DNA of 29,237 nucleotides from Flavobacteriales bacterium (GCA_028823435.1 JAPKBK010000001.1:1-29237), one strand, 5' to 3'; shown: positions 1 to 8,962, counted from the stretch's first letter. The notes: generated by a model from the letters alone, not told the origin. Made by a program: numbers and translations.

Positions 1-2
1 TG

Positions 3-143
3 GGAGCCCCAAAAAATAAGAAGATGACAGAGGAAAAAGCGGCATCTAAAGCAGATGCAATGGCCTCATTAAAATCTTCAAGAATACCTTCAGAAGAAGA
101 AGTTCTCTCACACAAAAAGCAAACGGTTGGAGCCGGAGCTTAA
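3..143 (+). CDS. 3' end of a gene truncated by the window edge, probably bactofilin (polymer-forming cytoskeletal protein)
   Basis: Frame 3 is open from the window start to TAA at 141-143: (M)GAPKNKKMTEEKAASKADAMASLKSSRIPSEEEVLSHKKQTVGAGA*. It is not in the ORF track. The identity is inferred from the recalled Flavobacteriales order bactofilin-AtpZ-atp operon and the leading MG that fits the end of the bactofilin domain; the domain itself is outside the window. Confidence 0.5.
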   Translation, partial: GAPKNKKMTEEKAASKADAMASLKSSRIPSEEEVLSHKKQTVGAGA

Positions 144-369
144 TCCCCCACAACCCAAGTCAACCCCTAGGTTAAAAGCCACCAAAACCGCTTTGCGCTT
201 TGCGGGTATCGGAACAACGCTGGCTTCAGCCATCGGCCTAGGCGCCATTGGGGGCAGGCAAATAGACGATCACTTCCAGCTTGATAAACCACTCGGAACG
301 GCTGCGGGCGCCATACTGGGTTTGGCATTAGGGATGTGGTCAGTCCTCAGAAATATTCAGACAAAATAA
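127..369 (+). CDS. AtpZ/AtpI-family (ATPase gene 1) small membrane protein
   Basis: 80 aa, two hydrophobic helices flanking G..ID..F....P (GLGAIGGRQIDDHFQLDKPLGTAAGAILGLALG), upstream of atpB. The TTG start overlaps the upstream gene by 17 bp, so the exact start is uncertain. Confidence 0.8.
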   Translation: MEPELNPPQPKSTPRLKATKTALRFAGIGTTLASAIGLGAIGGRQIDDHFQLDKPLGTAAGAILGLALGMWSVLRNIQTK

Positions 370-373
370 AATC

Positions 374-742
374 ATGAATAGATTTATTATTAAAACACTG
401 ATTGTTTCTGTTTTATGCATGGCGATAGGGCACCTTCTTCCTTTTTTTTCTGACATGGCACACCAACCCATTTGGTTTTTAACAATCGCCTTCTATGTCT
501 TGCTTACAATTTTGCTAAGAACCTGGGTCGCGAAATCACAAAAAGGGTCTGCAATAAAATTTTCAACGGCAGTCATTGGAACAACGACAGCTAAAATGCT
601 ACTCACCCTTGTGATTATCACAACCTATCTTGTGTCTCAATTGCCGCACCGAGAGCTGTTTGTGTTTGGGGTATTTGGGGTATTTGTTGCCTTTTCGGTC
701 CTGTTTGTGATTGATGTTCAACAGTTAATTAAGGGGGGATGA
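374..742 (+). CDS. AtpI/UncI-like four-helix membrane protein (DUF6168-like)
   Basis: 122 aa, about four hydrophobic segments, F....G....KMLL pattern, position immediately before atpB. Confidence 0.7.
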   Translation: MNRFIIKTLIVSVLCMAIGHLLPFFSDMAHQPIWFLTIAFYVLLTILLRTWVAKSQKGSAIKFSTAVIGTTTAKMLLTLVIITTYLVSQLPHRELFVFGVFGVFVAFSVLFVIDVQQLIKGG

Positions 743-785
743 AAGAAAAGTTATATTCTTCCATTTATTACACACTTAATATTCG

Positions 786-793
786 TACTTTTG
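786..793 (+). promoter_or_regulatory. Bacteroidota sigma-70 -7 element TACTTTTG upstream of atpB
   Basis: Exact match to TAnnTTTG, 26 nt before the ATG at 820. TTTA at 764-767 is an imperfect -33 candidate. Confidence 0.7.
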
Positions 794-819
794 CCTCGTT
801 TTTTGAACAGATTTATAGC

Positions 820-1965
820 ATGATAACTGAGTTCGCCAAACGATTTGCAATTACCGCTCTTATAATAATAGGAGGGGTAAGTTTCGTTGCCGCTCAAACC
901 GAGGGGCATGGCGAGGTTGATGACCACAATCACTCAAATCACGACACCCACGACACCCACGATGCGGGTCACAACTCACTAGACGATGGGGAGCACGGTG
1001 ACTTTGTTGCCAAAGACTTCATTATCCCTCACATCGCGGATGCGAATGAGATCCACTTTTTTGGTGACCACCACAGCGGTTTCAGCCTTCCCCTCCCTAT
1101 GATTTTTTACGTAGAGGGCAAGGGGTTTGATCTGTTTATGAGCTCAAAATTTCACGGTTCAGATGACGCCCTAACTGCGACAGGCCCTAATACAGGCACG
1201 GTCTATGTCAAGAATCCCGATACGGGAATAACCTCGGAGGGCGGAGAATCATTTTATGACATCTCTGTTACAAAGTCAGTGTTCGGGATGATGTTTATTA
1301 TGACCCTCTTGGTGCTTATGCTGAGGTCTATGGCAAAAAGCTACTCAAAACGCCCTGGTCAAGCTCCCAAAGGGCTTACAAATGTTCTTGAGCCCTTGGT
1401 TTTGTTTGTGAGAGACGACATCGCTGTGCCAATTATCGGAAAACACAAGGCGGGTAAATTTCTCCCATTCCTTCTTACAACATTCTTTTTCATAGTCGCA
1501 AGTAACCTGTTGGGTCTCATCCCTTTTATAGGTGGATTTAACATTACAGGAACAATTGGTGTGACTGTTGTGTTGGCGTTTGCCGTCTTCTTTATCTCGA
1601 CAGTGAATGGAAACAGAAATTACTGGGGTCACTTGTTTTGGCCTCCTGGTGTACCAAACCTTGTAAAACTACTCGTCGTTCCAATTGAAGTTTTTGGGAT
1701 GTTTCTAAAGCCCACAGTTCTAATGATTCGTTTGACAGCGAACATGACGGCAGGGCATATTATTATTTTGTCATTTGTCAGTTTGGTTTTTATTTTTAAC
1801 CAAAATTATGGAGAGATCGCTGGCTTCGGCATGGGTGTCTTCTCCACTTTATTTATGATTTTCATGTATTTCCTAGAGCTACTTGTAGCTTTCCTTCAAG
1901 CATACGTTTTCACACTTCTTGCGGCCATTTATTTTGCAGATGCAACGCAAGAGGCACACCATTGA
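820..1965 (+). CDS. atpB: F0F1 ATP synthase subunit a, with N-terminal signal peptide and His/Asp-rich extension
   Basis: Motifs IRLTANMTAGH (essential Arg), ELLVAFLQAYVFTLL and NLLGLIPF. I moved the start from 739 to ATG 820 because the 739-819 segment contains the promoter and a signal-peptide-like sequence begins at 820. Confidence 0.97.
   Translation: MITEFAKRFAITALIIIGGVSFVAAQTEGHGEVDDHNHSNHDTHDTHDAGHNSLDDGEHGDFVAKDFIIPHIADANEIHFFGDHHSGFSLPLPMIFYVEGKGFDLFMSSKFHGSDDALTATGPNTGTVYVKNPDTGITSEGGESFYDISVTKSVFGMMFIMTLLVLMLRSMAKSYSKRPGQAPKGLTNVLEPLVLFVRDDIAVPIIGKHKAGKFLPFLLTTFFFIVASNLLGLIPFIGGFNITGTIGVTVVLAFAVFFISTVNGNRNYWGHLFWPPGVPNLVKLLVVPIEVFGMFLKPTVLMIRLTANMTAGHIIILSFVSLVFIFNQNYGEIAGFGMGVFSTLFMIFMYFLELLVAFLQAYVFTLLAAIYFADATQEAHH
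940..963 (+). repeat. 9-bp tandem repeat CACGACACC x2 plus CACGAT (His-Asp-Thr repeats) in atpB
   Basis: Read directly: 940-948, 949-957 and a partial copy at 958-963, all in frame. Confidence 0.85.
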
Positions 1966-1995
1966 TAATAATAATAATTTAAAAAACAACCCATC

Positions 1996-2241
1996 ATGGA
2001 ATTGTTGACCATTCTTTTTGAAATTACTACTGGCCACGGACTCGCGGCTCTTGGAGCAGGAGTTGCTGCTATTGGCGCCGGAATCGGCGTTGGATTAATT
2101 GGTAAAGCGGCGTTGGAGTCAATGGCGCGTCAGCCAGAATCTTCAGACGACCTTCGTGCCAATATGATTCTTGCAGCTGCCCTCGTTGAGGGTGTTGCGC
2201 TCTTCGGAATCATTATTTGTCTACTTGTAGTCTTAGGCTAG
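1996..2241 (+). CDS. atpE: F0F1 ATP synthase subunit c, H+-type
   Basis: GAGVAAIGAGIGVG glycine stripe, ARQPE loop, ALVEGVALF carboxylate. It lacks the Gln and the Ser/Thr after Glu that make up the Na+-binding signature. Confidence 0.98.
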   Translation: MELLTILFEITTGHGLAALGAGVAAIGAGIGVGLIGKAALESMARQPESSDDLRANMILAAALVEGVALFGIIICLLVVLG

Positions 2242-2245
2242 TCCG

Positions 2246-2743
2246 ATGGGAACGTTGTTAACACCCGCTTTCGGTACAGTATTTTGGGCAACCTTGTCTT
2301 TTTTGTTGGCGCTCTTTATTTTAAGAAAACTAGCTTGGGGACCAATCCTAAAGGCTTTACAAGATCGCGAAGAAAGCATACAAGAAGCGCTTCGCTCTGC
2401 CGACAAAGCACGCGAGGAAATGGCGAGCCTAAACTCGGACAACGACCGCTTGTTACAAGAGGCGAGAAGTACCCGAGACGCAATGCTTAAAGAATCTCGA
2501 GAAATGGCCAACAAGGTCGTCTCGGATGCAAGAGCAAAAGCTAAAGAAGAAGCCTCTAAAGAGGTAGAGTTAGCGCGCGAGGCAATACAAATTGAGCGAA
2601 AAGCGGCCATTGCCGAACTTAAAGCAGAGGTTGCGAAATTGTCTATTGATATTGCTGAACGCCTTCTTCGCGAAGAGCTTACAGATTCAGGCAAACAAAC
2701 AGCACTTGTTGATAAGCTCATCGATGAATCGACACTGAACTAA
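2246..2743 (+). CDS. atpF: F0F1 ATP synthase subunit b
   Basis: N-terminal TM helix, then KLAWGPILKALQDREESI and an Ala/Glu-rich coiled coil; operon position. Confidence 0.97.
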   Translation: MGTLLTPAFGTVFWATLSFLLALFILRKLAWGPILKALQDREESIQEALRSADKAREEMASLNSDNDRLLQEARSTRDAMLKESREMANKVVSDARAKAKEEASKEVELAREAIQIERKAAIAELKAEVAKLSIDIAERLLREELTDSGKQTALVDKLIDESTLN

Positions 2744-2747
2744 TCAA

Positions 2748-3305
2748 ATGGCTAGTAAACGCGTAGCATCCAGATATGCCAAGGCACTCCTTGGTTTTGC
2801 TTCCGAAAGGAATGAACTAGATCTTGTCGAGTCAGAACTCCGCATGATCTCTTCATTGGTTGATGCGTCTCGAGAATTCGAACTTTTGCTTACAAGCCCT
2901 GTTGTAAAACCAAATAAAAAGAAGGAGATACTTAAGGCTATTTTTAAAGAAAGCTTGAGTGACCTAACATTTGGTTTTATTAATATTTTAGTAACGAAAG
3001 GCAGAGAAACAATTTTACCTACAATTGTAGCAGAAGCGCTTTCTCAATTACGTCTAATAAACAACATCCAGGCTGCGGAGGTGCGCTCTGCAACACCACT
3101 GGAATCGTCTTCTCGTGATAACATTTTGGCTGAAATAGCCAAAGTTCACGATGGAGTCATTGAACTAAAAGAAACGATCGATCCAGACCTCCTAGGAGGA
3201 TTTATCCTGAGAATGGATGACAAACAGATTGACGCTTCATTAAAGCGCCAGCTCAGCACGCTGCGCCGAAAACTATCAGAACACGATTACGAGCCTGAAT
3301 TTTAG
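2748..3305 (+). CDS. atpH: F0F1 ATP synthase subunit delta
   Basis: [10 protein letters not shown]-terminus and [23 protein letters not shown]-terminal motif. Confidence 0.97.
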   Translation: MASKRVASRYAKALLGFASERNELDLVESELRMISSLVDASREFELLLTSPVVKPNKKKEILKAIFKESLSDLTFGFINILVTKGRETILPTIVAEALSQLRLINNIQAAEVRSATPLESSSRDNILAEIAKVHDGVIELKETIDPDLLGGFILRMDDKQIDASLKRQLSTLRRKLSEHDYEPEF

Positions 3306-3322
3306 GCCTAAAAGAATCTCAA

Positions 3323-4900
3323 ATGGCTGAAATCAACCCAGCAGAAGTATCATCAATTCTACGTGAGCAATTGGCAGGAGTAAAATCTGCAGCTGAACTA
3401 GAAGAAGTCGGTACAATCCTTCAAGTAGGTGACGGAATTGCCCGTATCTACGGTCTTAGTAATGTCCAATCAGGAGAACTCATAGAGTTCGACAATGGCG
3501 TACGTGGTATTGTCCTCAATCTCGAGGAAGATAACGTGGGCGCCGTTTTGCTTGAGCCATCTAAAGACCTTAAGGAAGGAAGTTCAGTAAAAAGAACAGG
3601 AAGAATTGCATCCATAAAAGCCGGCGAAGGTCTTCTAGGACGTGTTGTCAATACGCTTGGAGAGCCAATTGACGGAAAGGGCCCTGTCACTGGGGATCTT
3701 TACGAAATGCCTATTGAGCGCAAGGCGCCAGGTGTAATATTCCGTCAACCGGTAGCCGAACCTCTTCAAACAGGAATTAAGGCGATTGACTCAATGATCC
3801 CTATCGGTCGAGGACAGCGTGAGCTTATCATAGGCGACCGTCAAACAGGTAAATCATCTGTTGCGCTTGACACGATTATCAATCAAAAGGAGTTTTATGA
3901 TGCGGGCGATCCAGTATTCTGTATTTATGTCGCTATTGGTCAAAAAGGATCAACGATTGCAGGAATCGTAAGCATGCTAGAGGAAGCCGGAGCAATGGCC
4001 TATACCGTCATTGTTGCAGCGACAGCGTCAGATCCAGCACCACTTCAGTTCTATGCGCCCTTTACAGGAGCGGCTGTGGGTGAATTCTTCCGTGATACAG
4101 GTCGTGCGGCTCTCGTTGTATATGATGATCTTTCTAAGCAAGCGGTAGCTTATCGCGAGGTGAGTCTTCTGCTACGTAGACCTCCGGGTCGTGAGGCATA
4201 CCCTGGAGATGTTTTCTACCTACACTCACGTCTGCTTGAAAGAGCGGCCAAAGTGATTGCCGTGGACAGTATCGCAAGGGAAATGAACGACCTTCCGGAA
4301 TCTTTAAAGTCAATTGTAAAAGGAGGTGGGTCACTAACGGCTCTTCCTATTATTGAAACGCAAGCCGGTGACGTAAGTGCATATATCCCAACGAACGTAA
4401 TTTCTATTACCGACGGACAAATATTCCTTGAGTCAAATCTTTTCCTTTCTGGAATTAGACCAGCAATTAATGTTGGAATCTCAGTAAGCCGCGTAGGTGG
4501 TAATGCTCAGATAAAATCAATGAAGAAGGTAAGTGGTACACTTAAACTAGACCAAGCTCAATATCGTGAATTAGAAGCATTTGCCAAGTTCGGTTCTGAC
4601 CTCGACGATGCTACAAAAGCGATTCTTGACAAGGGCGCCAGAAACGTTGAGATTCTGAAACAAGACCTTAACTCTCCACTCCCCGTAGAGGAGCAGGTGG
4701 CCATGGTTTACTGTGGTACCAAAGGACTTTTGATGAATGTTCCGATTAATAAGGTAAAGCAGTTTGAGCAAGATTACTTGGACTATTTAAGAGCGAAACA
4801 CTCAGACACGTTGAGCGCCTTGAAAAACGGAAAATACACAGATGCTGAAACAAGTGTTTTGGAGTCTGCTGCTGCTGAAATGACCGCTCAATACGCATAA
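3323..4900 (+). CDS. atpA: F0F1 ATP synthase subunit alpha
   Basis: [27 protein letters not shown] (Walker A), [34 protein letters not shown]. Confidence 0.99.
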   Translation: MAEINPAEVSSILREQLAGVKSAAELEEVGTILQVGDGIARIYGLSNVQSGELIEFDNGVRGIVLNLEEDNVGAVLLEPSKDLKEGSSVKRTGRIASIKAGEGLLGRVVNTLGEPIDGKGPVTGDLYEMPIERKAPGVIFRQPVAEPLQTGIKAIDSMIPIGRGQRELIIGDRQTGKSSVALDTIINQKEFYDAGDPVFCIYVAIGQKGSTIAGIVSMLEEAGAMAYTVIVAATASDPAPLQFYAPFTGAAVGEFFRDTGRAALVVYDDLSKQAVAYREVSLLLRRPPGREAYPGDVFYLHSRLLERAAKVIAVDSIAREMNDLPESLKSIVKGGGSLTALPIIETQAGDVSAYIPTNVISITDGQIFLESNLFLSGIRPAINVGISVSRVGGNAQIKSMKKVSGTLKLDQAQYRELEAFAKFGSDLDDATKAILDKGARNVEILKQDLNSPLPVEEQVAMVYCGTKGLLMNVPINKVKQFEQDYLDYLRAKHSDTLSALKNGKYTDAETSVLESAAAEMTAQYA

Positions 4901-4911
4901 TCTAGACGACT

Positions 4912-5799
4912 ATGGCTGGAGGATTAAAAGAAGTAAGAGAACGCATCGGTTCAGTTCAGAACACGATGCAAATCACATCTGCGATGAAGATGGTGTCTGC
5001 GGCAAAACTCCGCCGAGCTCAGAACGCGATAACACAGATGAGACCTTACGCAGAGAAAATCCAAGCGATACTGGCAAACGTTAGCGCATCCTTAGATTCT
5101 TCAGAAGGCGTATTCTCAAACAAAAGAGAGGTAAAAACCGCTTTGGTAATTGCGATTACTTCTAACAGAGGGCTTTGTGGAGGGTTTAACAACAACAGCA
5201 TGAAATTAGCACAAGCTGCAATCTCTAAGTATCGTTCAGAGGGAGCAAATGTTGTTGTATTGCCTTTGGGAAAGAAGGCAAACGAGTCTTTCTCGAGAGG
5301 TGGAAGTGAATTTGCGGAAGGTTTCGGGGACCATTCTTTAGCAGTGTTCGACAATCTAAATTTTGACACTGCTTCAGAGATAGCCCAAACCGTCATGGAC
5401 GGGTTCGTTTCAAAAAAGTGGGACGCTGTAGAGATTACATATAGCCAATTCAAAAACGCAGCAGTCCAAATCCCTACGCAAGAAGCATTCTTACCCCTGT
5501 TGCCGCTCGCCACCCCAGAAGACAACAAAACGGTTGAAATCGATTATATTTTCGAGCCAAATCTTCAGGAAATAGTTGAAAACATATTGCCAAGTGCACT
5601 TAAGACTCAACTTTACAAAGCGCTTTTAGACAGTAACGCAGCCGAGCATGGCGCGCGGATGACAGCCATGCATTCAGCAACAGAAAACGCGGGAGACCTG
5701 CTTCAGGATCTTAAGATCACGTACAATAAAGCACGTCAAACCTCTATTACGACAGAGATCCTTGAAATTGTCGCAGGATCAGAGGCGTTGGGAGGTTAA
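4912..5799 (+). CDS. atpG: F0F1 ATP synthase subunit gamma
   Basis: ITSAMKMVSAAKL, SNRGLCGGFN, EHGARMTAMHSATENA, NKARQTSITTEILEIVAG. Confidence 0.99.
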   Translation: MAGGLKEVRERIGSVQNTMQITSAMKMVSAAKLRRAQNAITQMRPYAEKIQAILANVSASLDSSEGVFSNKREVKTALVIAITSNRGLCGGFNNNSMKLAQAAISKYRSEGANVVVLPLGKKANESFSRGGSEFAEGFGDHSLAVFDNLNFDTASEIAQTVMDGFVSKKWDAVEITYSQFKNAAVQIPTQEAFLPLLPLATPEDNKTVEIDYIFEPNLQEIVENILPSALKTQLYKALLDSNAAEHGARMTAMHSATENAGDLLQDLKITYNKARQTSITTEILEIVAGSEALGG

Positions 5800-5847
5800 A
5801 TAAGTCAAAAATCCGACCTTTTAATTTTTTGGCGCGATTTTAGTTAC

Positions 5848-5855
5848 TAGATTAC
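5848..5855 (+). promoter_or_regulatory. Candidate -7 element TAGATTAC, 4 nt before the kinase ATG
   Basis: TAnnTT core; same 4-nt spacing to ATG as at glmS, thiL, pyrC, the OMP and the M1 peptidase. The last two bases deviate from consensus. Confidence 0.4.
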
Positions 5856-5859
5856 CCAT

Positions 5860-7299
5860 ATGGGCTTAAGATTTAGAATTTTTATCGGAATGCTTGCAGT
5901 TGTGTTGGTTGCTCTAGTAGCTACCGCAGTTGTTGCTTTCGACTTTTCCCAAAAACAAGAACTGGCCTATAACAGCCAGAGACTGTTAAGAAAAGAGGCT
6001 GCCTTAAGCAGAAGCTTAGACTATGTTCTCACAAGGCAGGGGGGAAGCCTTCCATCGGACAGTATTTCTATCGTTTTTACAGACCACATCTGTGAGTTGG
6101 CGGACGTCCACAGTCTCACGTTCAGCTTATATAGGCCAGACGGCGTTTTAGTGACCACATCAGCCTCGTTTGAGAACGAGAACCTTCAGCCTGACTTAGC
6201 GTTAGACCAGCGCCTGCTTGATAAGCTTAAATGGAAAGGGGACCGTGTTGTTGTGAAGGAAACGTTAGGCCCAAACGAAATAACACGTGTTCATTGGGTG
6301 GTGACGGCCGATGATGGAGCTCCCTTATTAATCGCGACTGCGAGATATAACCCGAGACCATTAACCCAAGGGGGCATCAAGCCTTTTCTAAACCGATTGG
6401 CTCCAGTTTATTTGTTTCTATTTCTAGGCGCGATGCTCATCGCATATCTCATCGTTCAGTCAATCCTCAGGCCGCTTCATCGGTTAAGGTTAGAGATGGC
6501 ACAAGTAGACCCCCTAGGCAACACAACGTCCTTAGATCACAAATGGAATGACGAAGTAGGCGAACTTGTAGATCAGTATAACGCACTCCTTTCTAAGCTT
6601 AGAGAAAGCCTGGTTAGCAGGGCAAAAGATGAACGAGAGGGTGCCTGGAGAGAGATGGCACAACAAGTTGCCCATGAGATAAAAAACCCACTCACACCTC
6701 TCAAGCTGGGCATTCAGCAGCTTGAACGCGCATGGAACGACAAGGCTGATGACTTTCCGGATAGATTGAAACGGTTTTCTGCGACAGCAATATCTCAAAT
6801 AGATGTTCTTGCAACGATTGCAGAAGACTTTGCACTCCTTGCAGTCGTTCGTGAGGCCGAAATAATCTCAGTTGACTTAAACAATGTCGTCAATAACGCG
6901 GCTCACCTATACGGGGAAGAATGTGTTCTTGTAGAAAGTCAATCACACAAGATCCTGGTCGAGGGTGACGCCAGCCGCCTGATGCGCGCCTTCAATAATC
7001 TTATTGCCAATGCACTTGATTCGATGTACGATGCGAAATCAAAGGAGCCCATTAAAGTTGAGATTACAGAGGATGAAGATTTTGCGATTGTCAAGGTTAT
7101 CGATACAGGCATAGGGATTCCGCCCGAGAAGATGGCGCGTATTTTTGAGCCCAGATTCACAACAAAAACGCATGGCTTAGGCTTAGGCCTAGCGATGGTT
7201 AAAAGCATTGTTGAGCAATCAAAAGGCGAGGTGTCAGTGGTGTCAAAAGAAGGCAAGGGCGCCACCTTTACCATTAAGCTTTTAAAAGCCCGTAAATAA
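5860..7299 (+). CDS. Membrane sensor histidine kinase (2 TM, periplasmic sensor, HAMP, HisKA, HATPase), NtrY-like H-box
   Basis: H-box AWREMAQQVAHEIKNPLTP, N-box FNNLIANA, G1 DTGIGIP, F-box IFEPRFTTK, G2 GLGLGL. No response regulator in the window. Confidence 0.95.
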   Translation: MGLRFRIFIGMLAVVLVALVATAVVAFDFSQKQELAYNSQRLLRKEAALSRSLDYVLTRQGGSLPSDSISIVFTDHICELADVHSLTFSLYRPDGVLVTTSASFENENLQPDLALDQRLLDKLKWKGDRVVVKETLGPNEITRVHWVVTADDGAPLLIATARYNPRPLTQGGIKPFLNRLAPVYLFLFLGAMLIAYLIVQSILRPLHRLRLEMAQVDPLGNTTSLDHKWNDEVGELVDQYNALLSKLRESLVSRAKDEREGAWREMAQQVAHEIKNPLTPLKLGIQQLERAWNDKADDFPDRLKRFSATAISQIDVLATIAEDFALLAVVREAEIISVDLNNVVNNAAHLYGEECVLVESQSHKILVEGDASRLMRAFNNLIANALDSMYDAKSKEPIKVEITEDEDFAIVKVIDTGIGIPPEKMARIFEPRFTTKTHGLGLGLAMVKSIVEQSKGEVSVVSKEGKGATFTIKLLKARK

Positions 7300-8053
7300 C
7301 CGGTCGACTTGGTGAAGCATCAAGGTCGAAAGGGGCCACCTGTAGACTCAAAGCATATAAGCCGTCTGGAGCGCTGTCTGGAGCGAAAACGAACTCAGTG
7401 ATTGTTGCAGACCTGCGCGGCGTGCTACCCACTCCAAAAAAGGCGCGGTGGCTTTCTAAGGCACCTCCATCAACCTCTTTGTCGACGGATGGAAGGTCTA
7501 GTAAAAGATGCTGTACCCCCCTTTGAACCAATCTATTTGTAAAATCAACATCCAAGTACGGCGGATTCGAGTTTGCCCAGTCTTTTGATTTCTTTTCAAT
7601 GTCGTTAGGGAGTGTGCGAATAATCAAGGATGGTGGCAAAGGTTCCGTAGCGGATAACCCGCCAGGAAGCTGAGACCCTGTAATCACAAAGTCCCCACCT
7701 TTCTGTTCGGGGGAAATTGACACAAGCAGGCAAGGCATCAATAAGGGCATTGAAATGTCATTGACAGATTCTGCTTCTTTTGTGATGTGACCCAGGCACT
7801 CTGTATGTGTGCCGTGGCCGTGAGGATTGAAGCTTACGTTTGTAAAGTTTACAGCGCCACCCAGCGCTACGCTACCCACAAAACCTTCTTCTTTTACGGG
7901 CTCAAAATGTGGTCGTCCCACATACCACGCCGCGGGACCCTCCCCTTTGCGAGGGTCTCGAAGTGGGAGACTAAGGTCAATGGGAGACGAAAGGTCAACT
8001 GTTTTAGAGGACCCGTTCCAATGTAAGGCAATGTTTATTTTAGAAAAATCCAT
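7274..8053 (-). CDS. Cyclase-family metal-dependent hydrolase (kynurenine formamidase KynB-like)
   Basis: FNPHGHGTHTECLGH metal motif, LDLPSVD, H...F, TITEF, and APFDLDASPSRP C-terminus. I moved the start to ATG 8053 because the TTG at 8068 overlaps the U-tract of the upstream terminator. Confidence 0.85.
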   Translation of the reverse strand: MDFSKINIALHWNGSSKTVDLSSPIDLSLPLRDPRKGEGPAAWYVGRPHFEPVKEEGFVGSVALGGAVNFTNVSFNPHGHGTHTECLGHITKEAESVNDISMPLLMPCLLVSISPEQKGGDFVITGSQLPGGLSATEPLPPSLIIRTLPNDIEKKSKDWANSNPPYLDVDFTNRLVQRGVQHLLLDLPSVDKEVDGGALESHRAFFGVGSTPRRSATITEFVFAPDSAPDGLYALSLQVAPFDLDASPSRPVIYGLLKA

Positions 8054-8066
8054 AAAGTAAAGAAAC

Positions 8067-8097
8067 AAAAAAAAGGCGCCCCGTTAAGGACGCCTTT
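8067..8097 (-). terminator. Rho-independent terminator of the OMP gene
   Basis: Minus strand AAAGGCGUCC-UUAACG-GGGCGCCUUU (10-bp stem with one G-U pair), with a U8 tract at 8074-8067, 27 nt after the OMP stop. Confidence 0.9.
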
Positions 8098-8124
8098 CAG
8101 TAATATTATTAATTCCGTTGCGTA

Positions 8125-8958
8125 TTAGTCAAAAAGGAATCCGACACGGATCGCGCCGTTAAAAACGTTTCCAAGAGATGTGTTAGAAACTTGGTTAGGG
8201 TAAGTATACCCTTGCTCGTAGTAATCGTAGAAAATATCTCCCTCAAGAACATTGAAAGGAAGCTCACCTACAAAGCTGTCAGCAATAGCTGCTCCTGCTG
8301 TTGTAGGATCAAAAGCACCATTGAATTGAATGTTGAATGCCGTGAGGTCACTTGTTTCAATAGTGTGGTTACCGAAAGAAGTTGTTCCGAAACCTAGACC
8401 AGCCTCAAATCCAACATAAATCGCATCAGAGAAGTAGTAATCAGCACCGAAGAGTAAGTTTAAACCCATAGAGCTGTATGCCTGCTTGTTTGTTAAATCC
8501 CAAGTCACGTATACATCAGGTTGCCCTACGTTGTCAAGATCATTTGGCCCCCAAGACTCAATCATGTCAGTGCGACTGCCCATCATGTAGTATGCCTCGA
8601 TACCGAAATAAGGGCTAAGGTTGTCAGTTCCAGAGAAGTGAATCTCGTAACCAGGCGCAATGCCAATCAGAGAGTTTGATGTCTCCATATTTAACTGTGG
8701 ACTCACAGGATCTCCAAGCTGCTCACCTTCTTGGTAGTAAGCATATGTTCCAGAAGTAGAACCTACAGTCAATGATACGCGAAACGCCTTATCATCATCA
8801 AGGAAATTACGATACTTAATGGTCGTGCCATCAATAGGGCTATTGCCAAAAGGAGTAAGGTTTACCTCTACGTTGTGCTCTCCGCCCAACTGCTTTTGCG
8901 CCTGTGCGCTTGTGAATACTAGCGAGAAAATCGCTAGAGTGAACATTAGTTTTTTCAT
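8125..8958 (-). CDS. Outer-membrane beta-barrel protein (probably 8-stranded) with signal peptide
   Basis: Signal peptide MKKLMFTLAIFSLVFTSAQA|Q; alternating amphipathic strands (GIAPGYEIHF, LSPYFGIEAYY, GLNLLFGADYYFSDAIYVGFEAGLGF); C-terminal strand GAIRVGFLFD. Confidence 0.85.
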   Translation of the reverse strand: MKKLMFTLAIFSLVFTSAQAQKQLGGEHNVEVNLTPFGNSPIDGTTIKYRNFLDDDKAFRVSLTVGSTSGTYAYYQEGEQLGDPVSPQLNMETSNSLIGIAPGYEIHFSGTDNLSPYFGIEAYYMMGSRTDMIESWGPNDLDNVGQPDVYVTWDLTNKQAYSSMGLNLLFGADYYFSDAIYVGFEAGLGFGTTSFGNHTIETSDLTAFNIQFNGAFDPTTAGAAIADSFVGELPFNVLEGDIFYDYYEQGYTYPNQVSNTSLGNVFNGAIRVGFLFD

Positions 8959-8962
8959 ACCC

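Noticed and set aside
739-819. 27-aa N-terminal extension of AtpB in the ORF track
   Set aside because: It spans the promoter TACTTTTG; the signal peptide starts at ATG 820.
2233-2721. 162-aa antisense ORF over atpF
   Set aside because: Ser/Ala/Arg-rich shadow of a coiled-coil gene, with no motifs.
4207-4330. Insertion in AtpA ([23 protein letters not shown])
   Set aside because: As I recall this is a common Bacteroidota feature of the alpha subunit.
5046-5528. 160-aa antisense ORF over atpG
   Set aside because: Same-register shadow ORF with no recognisable domain.
820-5799. atp operon lacking atpD and atpC
   Set aside because: The split operon is the normal Bacteroidota arrangement. It is not an N-ATPase, and the c subunit has no Na+ signature.
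5800-5835. Possible terminator after atpG (GTC-N8-GAC followed by T-runs)
   Set aside because: A stem of only about 3 bp is too weak to call.
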